Below, in pieces: positions 1-12,241 of a stretch of 64,000 bases of DNA. The notes under the pieces are model-generated. The model had not been told where the DNA came from. It saw only the letters and a list, made by a program, of their open reading frames with translations, and searched no databases. Origin of the DNA: Oculina patagonica (lineage: Eukaryota); NCBI RefSeq assembly GCF_052425735.1, contig NC_135760.1, forward strand, positions 558,001 to 622,000. The letters run 5' to 3'. The position numbers and the translations under genes are program-made. Position 1 is the stretch's first letter. Each line of letters starts with the position of its first letter.

Positions 1-2069
1 ACATACAACCCCGCGTCTATCAACGATCCGATTCCAAGAGCTGTCAGATCGAAAACGTTCATACATCTCTTGAGAGGAGTGTCAGACGGGATAAAGTCAT
101 CAGTCTTCCGCCTGGTCAAGCTTTTGACGAATTTATAGCCGAACATTGCGAGCGAAAACACTGCTCGGTGCGTGCCCTCATCGAAGGCGCGCAACACCCA
201 AACACGTACAATCCACCCTTTTCTGTTTTTTATTATATTTTTTAATTCCGGCGATTTAAATATTCGCGTTTTATGCTCGCTCAGCCATAAACAGTCGGCA
301 TTCAACCGTTAAATGTTAATGGACTTGTACAAAAACTTTTTTGTTTTGTGATGTTTTTGGTAGCGTTGAAAAATGGTCGTTTGGAACACTGTACAACTTT
401 CTGTAAAGTTTCAAAAGTTTCTGCAAAAGCGTTTTTCGTTCGTATCTCAAGTCTTGCTATACCAGGCGAAAAAATACTCGGCGTCTTTTTTTGAGATAAT
501 TGGAAGTTTCTGGTTTTTATGGTTTAGTGACGCGGAAAAGAGTAACAATCTAATTATAGAACAATATAAGTGAAATTTTTGTTAGAAAATGCTGTTTCGA
601 TCTGGGCAATTCTTTATATATTTGCCTTATTTTAGCCTCTCTTCTCAGAGACCGTTCCAGATAGACAAAACGTTGGTAAATTCCGTGATTTCGTCGTGGT
701 TTCAAATTGTTCATCAATCTGGCGATCCGTGAAGCGTAAAAAACACGTCTAGGGGTGCTTTAATCGAGCTAGAATAATCACACAAAATCGCTTTGTGCCT
801 TTGTATATTCTCGCGGCTTTTATTCTCTTTCAGTTTTCCTTTCATACACAAATGACACATTTTTCTATTCGTGCACAGTAGTGGCATTTTTTAACACTTT
901 GCCAAGCAAGAACAATATGGGTGGATGCTGTTTGTTTACTGTTGTTCCGAAAGGACGCCTTTAGTTCACATACCTGAACACATGAAGGGCTTGTTTTACA
1001 GAGCAATACTTTTCAGTATTGTGCTTTAAGAAAGCGAAAGCACTGAAGCGGAATTTTAGGCGCCAACGCGCCTTAAAATGAAAACAACGAAAACCTGATT
1101 TTCTTTTTTTCAGTAAGGGCTCTTTAATTTAAAATCTTTTGGTTGTGTTTAGTAGATTTTCAAATAGCGGAGAGGTTTGAACTTGTCCTTGTCGTTTGAA
1201 TCTCTAACTTTCAGAGCCAAATCATTAAGATATTTGAATTGTTAAAACTCAGTGGCGTCCTTTCAAACCAAGTGTGACCATATCATTCTAGTATTCTTGA
1301 GCTGTATTGAAACACGCTAGATCTTTCTTGGCTAAATTTTATGCTTTCGTGTGTTCCCATTTATTGGTTTTGCTGTGAACAGTGGAATGTGAAATGTGAA
1401 GCATACAGATACATCTGTTGCTCTTTTTTGACGCTGTGACTCCGAGTGGCATTCATGTGGAAAAAATGAACAATGGACGGCATTGAATTTGACTGACGCT
1501 AACTTGTTCTAGCATTTGTAATTCCACTCTTAGTGAAAACAAAAAAGGGTCTTATCAATAAAACTCGATTCTGTTGCGTGATTTGTGCATTTTATTCCAA
1601 AGTATAATCGTTCCTTTTCTGGTTCTTTTTCTAACTTTTTATAAATGAAATTTTCCACCTTCTGTTCATTGTCGATATAGGCTAAATTTTCCAAAACTTT
1701 ATAATCGTTTATAGACTATTCTGGATATACTGCATGGTACACAGGGGATGTAGGTGGGGCTGCACATAGTGTCAGTCAAAGCGAGGCTCCAGCAAGCATG
1801 CCGGGATTTCTACCCTTTTGTCGAGCGAAATTGTGAAAAATGAATGGGAGAAAAATGTTGTGGTTCAAATACAGGAGGATCTTTGAAGAGAAGGGGAACT
1901 GTTCGTGGTCATATATTTATAGTCCCCCCCCCCCCCCCCCAGAAAAAAGGTATGCTTTAAAGTAAAAAAAGGGTTTATATAGCCAAGGTTTGAATTAAAA
2001 CGGTGTTTAGTTTAGTGTTTGTCACTCTTTCTTTAATAAGTATTTGTTGTGTTTCTTTGAATTTATCAG

Positions 2070-3466
2070 ATATTTGACGAGGCTGATCTGGATGACGACA
2101 GTCAACTTTCTTTTGCTGAATTTGAACACGTGATATCAAAGGCGCCGGACTTTGTCAAGTAAGTTCAAATTTTACTGTTATATTATAAGAATAGAAACCT
2201 TTTTGCGATTACAGCACATGCACTAGGCACTCAGAAAGAAAAACCAACATAGTCAACATTGCTACATGAAAACTATGATAGTTTTCATTAAAGTGATGAC
2301 AAACTAGAGTTTCATCACCAGACTAAAAGGTTAGAATCAAATTGTAAAGTATTCCAAACGGTGCCACATGAAAAGTACTGCTCAGTAGTTTCATTTGAAT
2401 GGTCACAAGTCTGTTGAGTTTTATCAACAGACGTAAAAGTTATAATCACATTATTAAACAGTACCACATGAAAGTATGGTTCAATAACTATCATTTAAAC
2501 GGTCTCACACTATATAATCTTTATCTTAACACGGACAATTCATCAGTTATGACATTACTACACATAATCATGATATAAATAATGATATTCTATACAGTAA
2601 ACACCCGCGTGTTTAGTAACCCTAACCCTAACCCTAACCCTAAAAGAACCTAGTGATTTAAGAACCTACAGGCTGAAATTGGGCATTTTAATACCCAAAT
2701 ATATTATAGTTATCAACCTTTGGTGGTTTTTTTTTTTTTTTTTTGTGATTTTTTTTTTTTTTTGGGGGGGGGGGGGTTTTTAAGAACCTATTTAGGCTGG
2801 CAAAGAACAATAGGTTCTTATACAAAAAAACACTCTTATTTTGTAGCCAAAATACTGGATTTTAATTGATAGAAATTGTGAAATTTCTGAGAAACACCAT
2901 GAAAACTATTTGTTTAGCCTATGATACTGAATTTATTATTGTTTAAAAAATAAGGCTTGGCATTTTTGCGGTTTAAATACAAATGTTCAACCATTATGAC
3001 ATACTAGTACTACAGTAGCTCTCTGAATGGTATCACTATGACAACTCCTACAAATAAGAACCTACTAAGCACCTAATTAGCCTGAGTTCGGAAAAACTAC
3101 CCCAAAATATAAGAACCCATTCAGCCTGAACCCAAAAATTCTAGGTTCTAATACGCGGGTGTTTACTGTAATAAGCTATACGGCGTTAAATATTTCAACT
3201 AAAAGCTGCTTTCTATGAATACCTTTCAATGCAGATGAAACGCTAGGGTTTCAACTGCAGGCTGAATAGTTGGAACCACCTTGTACAGCACAACAAACAA
3301 TACCACGTGAATGTACTGCTTAGTAGCTTTCATTTGAGTGCTCACACACTAGGGTTTCATTCACAGACATACCTAAAGTGCTGGTAGGAGTAAAAGGATT
3401 CGTCAAGCTTATGTCGTTTAACTGGAACTCTGTTTTTCTTTCAGCTCCTTCAGGATCCGTGTGTGA
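2070..3466 (+). CDS. Calcium- and integrin-binding (CIB) family EF-hand protein, last two coding exons (5' part not found in window)
   Basis: Exons 2070-2158 (ag|IFDEADLDDDSQLSFAEFEHVISKAPDFV|gt) and 3445-3466 (N-SFRIRV*), phase-compatible. EF-hand loop DLDDDSQLSFAE and the C-terminal APDF..SFRI signature of CIB proteins. AATAAA near 4488. Confidence 0.85.
2595..3168. mobile_element. Tc1/mariner-type MITE with telomeric repeats inserted in the left TIR
   Basis: TA|CAGTAAACACCCGCGT ... ACGCGGGTGTTTACTG|TA; internal AAGAACCTA repeats; (TAACCC)4TAA at 2617-2643. Confidence 0.75.
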
Positions 3467-5469
3467 AGACTTCCAGTGTGATCCGGATTAAAGCTGCCTT
3501 TTCCATCCAGATATTCAATAATTTGACTACATATATCTATTACCAATTTAATCTAAACTTAGGGTAATAGTAGGCGATCAAAGATCATTACCTAATTCAA
3601 TGCATGCATATCAGCGGAAAATTAAGCTTTAAAAAATATGTTTATTATAAGGCAGGTCCTTTAATAGTATTTATGAGCACCAGTGTGAACTACAATAGCA
3701 TTTTGTCGCTATTTACAGCTTATCATGCAGCATGTGTATTTGAAGAAGTATAATTTTTGTAGAAATCTCTTTACCAGTCAAAACAAAACGGAATTCTGCC
3801 GAAGGGCAACTATCCTCTTGTTAGCACTCTGCTTAAGGCTTTAGGTGCTTTTTTTTGTCTGTCCACTCTCCGGTCTTCGCGCTGCACCCCAACTAACGTA
3901 ACGCCTGAAACAAGCTAGGTATTTTTCAGTGATGGGCAAATCTGAAGATAGAATATGATCAACTGAAGCTATTTTTTCTATTAAAGGTTTTTACTTAATA
4001 CATTGTGGGTTAATGTATATAAGAAATTGCAAGATAAGACTTTTTTTTCGATAGGCCGAGACACTGAGTTTCTGTACATACAATACTGGGTCTTCAGCCA
4101 TACTATTCGCCAAGAAAACTGAGATTTTCGCTTTTGTACAGGGTCTTGAAAACTGCGGATTTGCGCTTTACCTTTTAAAACGCAGCATGCAAAGTAAGTC
4201 TTCTAACCACAACACGTTTGGATTCAGAAGCAATATGCCTGCCAGAATCTCTTTACTACAATTTCCCTCAGCTGTGATATTTGAAAATGACGTTTCCAAT
4301 GTTGTAATAGTTTTGCTACTATCGTTCAGCCTTTGACTTGCAAATCACAGATAAAACTATTTTCAGACTGAAAGTTAAGCCGTAAGTTTGTATAGGCCAT
4401 GTAATTAGTTGCACAAAGCAATCAGCAATCCAATGTAATGTAAGGGCACGTGTTTAGTGTGGAGCTTGAGTGCTCACTTTTTATTTAATAATAAATAATT
4501 TCCAAGCGTTACACCGTTTACTCATTTTTCTATTGAATATATGTTTACATAGTCTTACCCCCCCCCCCCCCAAAAAAAAAAATCCCTTTAATATTCTTCC
4601 CTCCAAAACGAAAACAACAACTGCCTCGCGAAAAAACCTATAATCCTATAACGCTACAATCTAAGGATATTCACAAGAATATTTTCAGCCTAACGTCGGC
4701 AGAAAATAAGAATATCCAGCCTGGGCCGGAAAAACAATATTATAGAAAAAAGAGTGTAATCTTGCAACAACAACTGCCAATTTGACCGCTCTTACTGCCC
4801 GTGACTAGTCAACACCGTCAAATACTTGCTGTATTACTTAACTCTTTTCACCCGAAGATCTTTTCTGAAAGCCCAGATACAGTTTTCGGTTCCAAGTTTT
4901 GGCGTTCTCGACGTATTTAGGCGCCTGTAACAATTTCTGTGTAACGGGTGCTCCGAAACCACGGGGAAGCCTAATTTTGTCAAAGTATTTTGCCTCTGCC
5001 GTAGTTCCATTGGCATGCATATTTTCTGTGTAGCCGTGTTTTCAAGTTAAGACTATGTCGAACCTTGATAATCAACTGTAATCAAGGCCGGTAATCAAAG
5101 GCATTGAAGCCGTGCGTCGCGCATTTTCTGCATTATTTGTCTGAGCCGAATACTTCGTTTATTTAAACTTGCGTTTTCTGGAGTTTAATTTCTATTATTT
5201 AATCTTAATGACTAGTGTAAACGCAGAACTTTTGTCCGGTATGGACACCAGGTCTTCAACTTCAGACAATAATAATAACATTTCACGCGTCACTGGTGTC
5301 TTACAAAAGAAGTCCTCCTGCGGTCATTGAATTGCAAATTTTTAATTTGTTGCTAGCAACGCCGAGCGCGCTGGCTGTGAACACGAGAAACTCGTAAACT
5401 TTTGCCATTACTGTGCCGGCGAAATTTCACTGGATTGTCAAGAGAAGAAGGCATCGTAGTGGATTTAAA

Positions 5470-8130
5470 ATGGAGAAACTAACTTTACTCACAACTAATA
5501 TGGAGATGTATCGACATCCAAAACATGTTCCAGGGTAAGTAATGAACAGATAGAGCGCACGAGAAATGTCAACATACTGATAAAACTTTCTCAAACACAA
5601 GATTACATCTTGGACTAGGGTCAAATTAATTATTGCGATATGAAATAGCTGTCAGTGAATGGAAGCACCTTCAAAGCATTGCTGTATTGTATATTTCCTA
5701 CACTGCATTTTTGGAGTAATATTTTTCTGGTTTAATTTTTTTTGGACTTGTCAGTTGTGGTTTGCAAATTCACCAAGGGTATTGTTACGACGTGCCATTG
5801 AATGAGAAACCATTCATATAAATATTTTCGGTGGAAAAGTCAGTGATCTTGGCCAATATATTATCAATAGCTTTCTGTCAAATTTCGATTGAAAACCGAA
5901 GTTGTATTTTGTTTCTAAGGATGGTTGAAAAACAAATCACCCGCCGGGCGGATGAAATGAGCCCGCGCTTTACTAAATTCTTGACACGCGAGAGAGCTGA
6001 CTGTATTTGTCACACTTACTTAGAACAGTAATTTTCTCGAAATTTTCACGGCTAGTATCTCGATCTTTTCTCTACCTCAAACAAGCTTTTGGGCCCCTTA
6101 AGAATAACTAGCCACTCCAATAAGTTACTGAAGAACTTTAATGAATTAAAATTTTATAGTCATACAAACAATGGATTTTGTTTCCTAGCGGCTTACGGCA
6201 TAGCGCGCGAACCCGCGCGCGTTCTCTCGCTTCGTGCTCCTATATCAGTGCTCGCTCAACTGCCTGTCGTGCAGGCTACGAACGGGACGTCTAGAGTCTG
6301 AGGTCGTCTCAACGTTAACTGTGTTTGACCCTAAAATGTTTTGAAATGTATAGGTGGTGCTTCGTAATAACTGCTTCTCAATCAATTTGGATTTGAGCGT
6401 CAGAGAAGAACGTGGTAAAACCGAGGCTGGTTGGCCAAAAAAGAGTATAAGAGTTTGTTAGTGATGTAATTAATATACAGAAACACTGAGTGTATGGATC
6501 GACGCAAAATCACAAAGAAAAAAAACTAGCAGTCGTTGCAGGCGGCTATTAGTGGAGGTTTCGTAGAAAGCTTCTCACTGTATTTCTCTCTCTCTCTCTC
6601 TCCAGTTACACTGGATACACGCCGCGCGTTAAATACACGTACGGTGAAACGTTTGGAAATACGACAGGCCGCTGGTTTCAAGACTACCGCGCTGCCACAC
6701 TGAACACAAGTAAAGAACGTATGGGGAGGGGTGGGGACAAATTTCTACCCTTTCCAACTTACTACACGAACAACCCTGATCACGTGTTAGGGGCACGCAC
6801 GAGCTCACGTGACCGATGGCTTGCGGCGCCTAAATACAAGCTTCTGAACCTAGATGACAGAGATGGAGCTATCAAAAAATACGACAAGGTAAGTTTTCTG
6901 TCTTCGGTAGTTTAAGTAAGTAATTAAAAATCGAAATTACGATTCTTCTTATTGAGCAATATTCCTTTATATTTTATTGACCACTCTGGTATGTTTTTTT
7001 TTTAAAAGAGCCACAATCAATCAGGGGCACCCAACGAGGAAATTTTATTAGAACAGAAATTAACTGAAACGGTCTATGGGGTGCCCCTGATCAATCAGAG
7101 AAAATTGATCTGATCTCGGAGGCACTTCGTCATTAGAAGATCTCAGAATGCCATTTTACCTCACAAAGTTGCAGGAGGAAGAGAAAGGGCCTGAAAATAA
7201 TCTCACGCGCTCTTGTTCTTATCTCTCTGGCGGGCCTCACCAGGCGTCAACCCTTCAAGTGACTGCCTCGCGTTTCGCCTTCCTCTCATTAGCCCCACAC
7301 CCTCTGTTTTCCTGCCCTTTACCCCTGGTGACGAGCTAGCTCGCGGAGGATGAAATAAGCGCACCTTGAGAGACGTTAGTTTACTAAGATAATGAGCTTA
7401 GTAGACCATACCAAAGTAGAACTGCTCGTACATAGTCCGCCAAATCTGGAAACATCCCTTGTGTAGTTATGCGGTCATTCCTATACTCACTGTTTGTGTT
7501 GTCAATCTTTGTAATAGGCTGCACAATATCACAGAGATCACTACAAAGACAGAACAGAAACAGTCCCGCCAGTGAGAGTATTCATTCTGCCAAAACTTTA
7601 TCACGATACCAAGTCTCACAGAATACCAGCGTAAGTATGCATTATAATTATTATCGGCAGCTGTAGACTAGCATGTTTCATTTTCAGTTTTGTCTTGAAG
7701 GGAGGCAAAAAATAAAATCCAACGGAGGCAATTGCCTGAACTTACCTAGAAAACACCAGAAATGGAAAGAGCACATTACCTTAAAGAATGTTGCAAAGAA
7801 AGAGGGAAAGACCGAAAAAGATTAAAGGGGATTATGGACAACCACCTTGAAAACTTAAGCCTACTTTTTTCAATCTGCGCAATCCCTGACGCAGCTTGAA
7901 GGTTACACGGTTAAGTGCGCTTTCCTTAATTCAATTGCATGTAGATACTCGATCTCGTGATTGATCAGTTCTTGCTATTTTTCTTTCCAAGCAGAGAGGG
8001 CAAGACTGCAAACGAGGAGAGAGCCATAGCTTACGCCAACAGAGTCTACAGGACAATGAGGGTCGAACCGCTAGCCAAGTCGTCCGTGGAAACTCGCCGT
8101 ATACGCGACGTGTTCTTCGAGAAAAGATAG
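5470..8130 (+). CDS. CIMIP2C: Ciliary microtubule inner protein 2C (FAM166C/C2orf70-like), about 199 aa
   Basis: Exons 5470-5534, 6606-6888, 7518-7630 and 7992(or 7995)-8130, all GT-AG and in phase. Motifs PGYTGYTPRVKYTYGETFG, RDRWLAAPKY..LNLD, QYHRDHYKDRT and the C-terminal RDVFFEKR match the FAM166C family as recalled. Confidence 0.85.
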
Positions 8131-8775
8131 TTCGGCTGAATTTGTTTAAATGGTTAATTGTACATAGTTTGACTGCTGTCATGTTTTTTATTTATTTGAG
8201 TGCGAATTAAATGAGTTTTGAAATAAAATTTATAAATTTGTTAATATAACAAGGCTGTTTTGCGATCGTTTGCTATTTTCCCTTCTTATAGGTGAAAAAA
8301 CCTTTTTCCATCTGCAAAGCCAACGAAGGAAAACTCGCCGGGTTAAGCCCGCAGCTTTTAGCAAAAGAAAGAAACTACTCGCAGTCTATGTAATCTAAGA
8401 ATGACTTGCAGGTCACATAAACTCGAACAACGCTACTTATGTTTCTGGAAACATGTTTTCTCGTTTTGCCAGGCCTTTACAATTAAAAAAAAACATTTTT
8501 GAGCAAAATAGCGCGAACACGGAAAACAAACATTCAATAAATACTTTATTTATACTGGATATATCTGTCCAGTGATAAATATACATCTTAACTATCTTAG
8601 CTAACTGTTTCTGCAACACTGTTTCCTTGTATAGCGAGGTCCTTATAGTAAATTGTGGGAGGCACGGTGTGCTAATGTTCAGGTAGCGTGATGAACTGCG
8701 GATCGAGCGGCGCTGCTCCGAGTCCTGGGTGCGTTTTTGCTTGTGGCCTGTGTACGACTTTAGCTTATAGTACAC

Positions 8776-11700
8776 TTATAACACCACAGAAGCATTGAAT
8801 ACATCCTGGCCATATTTCCTTGTCCTTCTCGCTATGGACAAACATCTGAGCAGATCATCTCTATACTCAAACGGGATCTTAGTAACGAAGAGTTTCCATC
8901 GCATACTTGAACCCAGAATCCAGGACAGATCACGTGTTGTGACCCAACATACACCCCTGATCCACCTGCCATAACACGTGTTCTCTCTCTGCCAACTCAC
9001 GGCGCGCAGAATCCACTCGGGCTGATCACCATGGATACCGCCTGGGAATCCCGGATGTTGCTGGAGGGATGAATAGAACGCCTCGTCAGGCTTAGCAGTG
9101 TCATTGAGCCAGTCTAAAAAATCGATTGCCACTTGGTCGTGTAGAATGTAATTCGCTGCTTCTCGTGTAATGGCGATAAAGTTGGAGCCTTTTTGGAGGT
9201 TAATTTCCCACGGTGGCGGCGGTTTAGTCACATCAGTCCTTATCATTATGTAGTTTAGATGAAATTCTAGGCCTTTTACTTTTTTTACCTCATGAGAATA
9301 AAGCATTCGACCCAAATTGTTTTCAGGAATAGTAAAGCTCTCAATGTTGTTGAAACCGTTCAGCATCGTCAGCGCGCGAACGATTTCAGCGTTTGTATAC
9401 AGGGGTAATTCCTGACCGGAAATGTGCATGAAGTATTTCCACTGAATGGGACTCTCGATTAGCTCACTTAAACAGTTCCGCTGTGCGTAAAGCGTACTTA
9501 CGTGGGCCCATATAAGATCGACTGGTTTACTGGTGAAGAAAACGTTATCTAAGCAACTAGTCATGGCCCGTATTGCATTGCGAAAAGTATCTGGTGATTT
9601 AACATCCACGTGGATACAATAGATGTTGTGAGGCATGTAAATAGATTGTAAAACTTTCTCTGCCAAGTCAGCGGATTTAAATAAAACCATTGCATAAGCA
9701 ATGGGGAAGTTCTTTTCTTCTTGTGAGGGGGTAGGGTGAGGAAAATGTTTCTTTCTCACTACGTCACAACCCATTCCAGTGTATTTTGAAAACACTTCCT
9801 CGTCCTTCGGTTTTTCAGTGCTACATATCCAGTCTTGTAGGATTGATGAGAGAAAACTTTCATTAATGATCTCCTGGCATTCTGACCACGTTGTAGGATC
9901 CTAGAGGCACAACATACATTAGTGTTAATAGGAAAGAGTTTTAGGGCAGAGTTTAGGAAGGATGGTGTTGTTGAGGCTGAATAAACGTGCATTATAGGTT
10001 GCAATGCGTGCAGATAAAGACTGCCAACAGGTACATCTAGACTAATACCATAGGCTTGCAATGTGTGCAGATACAGCAAGACTGCCAACAGGTACATCTA
10101 GACTAATATCATAGGCTTGCAATGTGTGCAGATACAGCAAGACTGCCAACAGGTACATCTAGACTAATACCATAGGCTTGCAATGTGTGCAGATACAGCA
10201 AGACTGCCAACAGGTACATCTAGACTAATACCATAGGCTTGCAATGTGTGCAGATACAGCAAGACTGCCAACAGGTACATCTAGACACATCTAGACTAAT
10301 ATCATAGGCTTGCAATGCGTGCAGATAGCTTGACTAGTATCAAAGGCAGATAATTGGTCTAGTGCCATAGGATCTGGATAAATCTGGATAAGAGCAGCTA
10401 GCAGAGAAGAATCCTAGGCTTGCAATGTATTCCAGAAGTTAGGTAATGCCAGGTAATGCCATCATGACCATCTGTAACATATCACGGCTGTAATCAAAAA
10501 GGCCAAGTATGACTTGTGAAATAACTTACTAGGTGCTTTGAATAAAAGCATCACTTGGATGAGTAATTATGTGTTTTTCCAGAAAATATCCAAACCTCCC
10601 CCACAGAAGGGTTTCTGGTTTGATCCCCCCCCCCACCCTCTCCACCTCTTGGGTAATTCCAATTTAACTTCATAGTTCCCTTCAACCCACAACCCTCTTG
10701 TAATTTCCAATGACCTCCCATGTGAAGGGTATGGATATTTTCTGGAAAACACAATAATTCACTGACGCTTTTCATCCAGCTTTATACATGGTAGCTTGCA
10801 TTACAACCTTTGTATAAATAAATGAATTAAAACTTACCAGTATAAAGCCCATTAAAAGACCTTACAAAGAACCCAAATTACAATAAAAGCTCTGATTACC
10901 CCATTGAAACTTATTTCTATTCAAGGCCTTTTAAAGGAGGAGGTTTTTTGAAAGGGCCTTTAATTAAAATATTTCGAACAGATGCAATTTATGGCTGTAT
11001 TATTTCAATTTATTAAGCGCTACTTGAAAATGACAAGAAAAGTTCATGTTTTAAGTCTATACCATGACTTTCAGGTATATCAAAGGGGTACCCTTTTTTA
11101 TCAAAAGGTATACGAAAGTGGTACAATTTCTGGCAAAATGGTATATAAAAGGGTAAGGGGTCAGAGCTTGGGGCAGAGCCTCCCCTTACAAAACTGTTTT
11201 GGGTATCCCCCGGGGGGAGAGGGGGCTCATTAAGCTAGGCACACACTAGGGGACTAGTCGCAGGGAATAGTCACAAGGACTTATCCCTTAGTGTGTACTG
11301 GTGAAGGACAAGTCCCAGGGACTGGTGGCATGTAGGGTACACACTCTACCGAATCGTGCCATTGTTTTTTCATAGCCTCCTCTGTGTGAGGACCTCTGCT
11401 CTTTTTGAGCTTCACCAACAAACACTTCAGCGTTTTCGTGATTTTATTTTTTCCCATGCCCTTTGTGGTTTTTATCTCACAAAGGTGGGTTTTCACTGTA
11501 AAACTGGTTATGGACTCGGGGTATGGAAACACTCCATCCTGTTTCGACCATTTGTGCATCACTTTCCGCTTCCTTTTTTCCGTTTTGAAAAGGGCGCAAA
11601 ATATGCAAAATATGAGTACACACAAGCGGACTGAGCTGGTCCCTGAAGCAAGTCCCTGCGACAAGTCCCTGTGGCTAGTCCCCTAATAGTGTGTGCCGAT

Positions 11701-11898
11701 CTTTAGAGAAGGGGAGGACTTAGTATAGTAGAGTCTTAAACTCCCCTTTGACTCCCTGTCTCATATATTGTTCCATAAAGCATGAAGCATTTGCCCTACC
11801 TTTTTGTTATACTGGCACATCAACAAGCTGAAAGCATAAGTTGCCACCACAACAAGGAAAACCCAGATCACAATCCTTTTGATTTTGCTTCTTCTCAT
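8776..11898 (-). CDS. Beta-1,6-N-acetylglucosaminyltransferase (core-2/I-branching, GT14), type II membrane protein, about 407 aa
   Basis: Exon 1 11898-11800 (MRRSKIKRIVIWVFLVVVATYAFSLLMCQYNKK: basic tail plus TM). Exon 2 9900-8776 has EEKNFPIAY, NIYCIHVDVKS, WKYFMHISGQELPLYTN, KGSNF and PDEAFYSSL. Confidence 0.9.
9994..10325. repeat. 61-bp minisatellite, about 5.5 copies, in the GT14 intron
   Basis: ATAGGCTTGCAATGTGTGCAGATACAGCAAGACTGCCAACAGGTACATCTAGACTAATAYC recurs at 10050, 10111, 10172 and 10233, with partial copies on either side. Confidence 0.9.
11233..11703. mobile_element. MITE (TIR GGCACACACTAGGGGACTAG)
   Basis: GGCACACACTAGGGGACTAG at 11238 and the imperfect inverted copy CTAGTCCCCTAATAGTGTGTGCC ending at 11697; internal GGGACT/AGTCCC repeats. 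Confidence 0.6.
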
Positions 11899-12241
11899 CC
11901 TGTTTTGTTGGATTTACTCCCGGGATTTTAATTGTGCTTTACACTCCGATGAGCTACTTTTTGAGGCAGTTATTTGCATTTTCCCCACAGTGGTGTTAAG
12001 CCAAGTGTTCCAACGCCCAAAGGGCTTAAAGTAGGCTGGTTGAGGTTAGTGGTGGTATTTTGTTAGGAAGGGTAAACAAGTTAGAAAGGTCTGAAGCACG
12101 TAACGAGAGCGTGAAACGCGAACAACGCGCAACGGCCAGGCTACGAAGCGAGACGCAAAAATTACGTCATGTAAGACTAAAACAAGCAAATGATTCACAG
12201 CTCAATTTAGGTTGTCAAAGCACAATATTTCAATTTTAAAT
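11899..12241. promoter_or_regulatory. Probable bidirectional promoter between the GT14 gene and VPS28
   Basis: Divergent ATGs only about 340 bp apart; CpG-rich patch 12095-12170 with a CRE-like TTACGTCA. Confidence 0.5.

Noticed and set aside
1-1920. Possible long non-autonomous element upstream of the CIB exon
   Set aside because: No paired termini, TSD or coding remnant can be shown within the window.
9759-10097. 112-aa ORF upstream of the GT14 exon
   Set aside because: Derived from the intronic 61-bp repeat and out of frame with the real exon, which starts at the acceptor at 9900.
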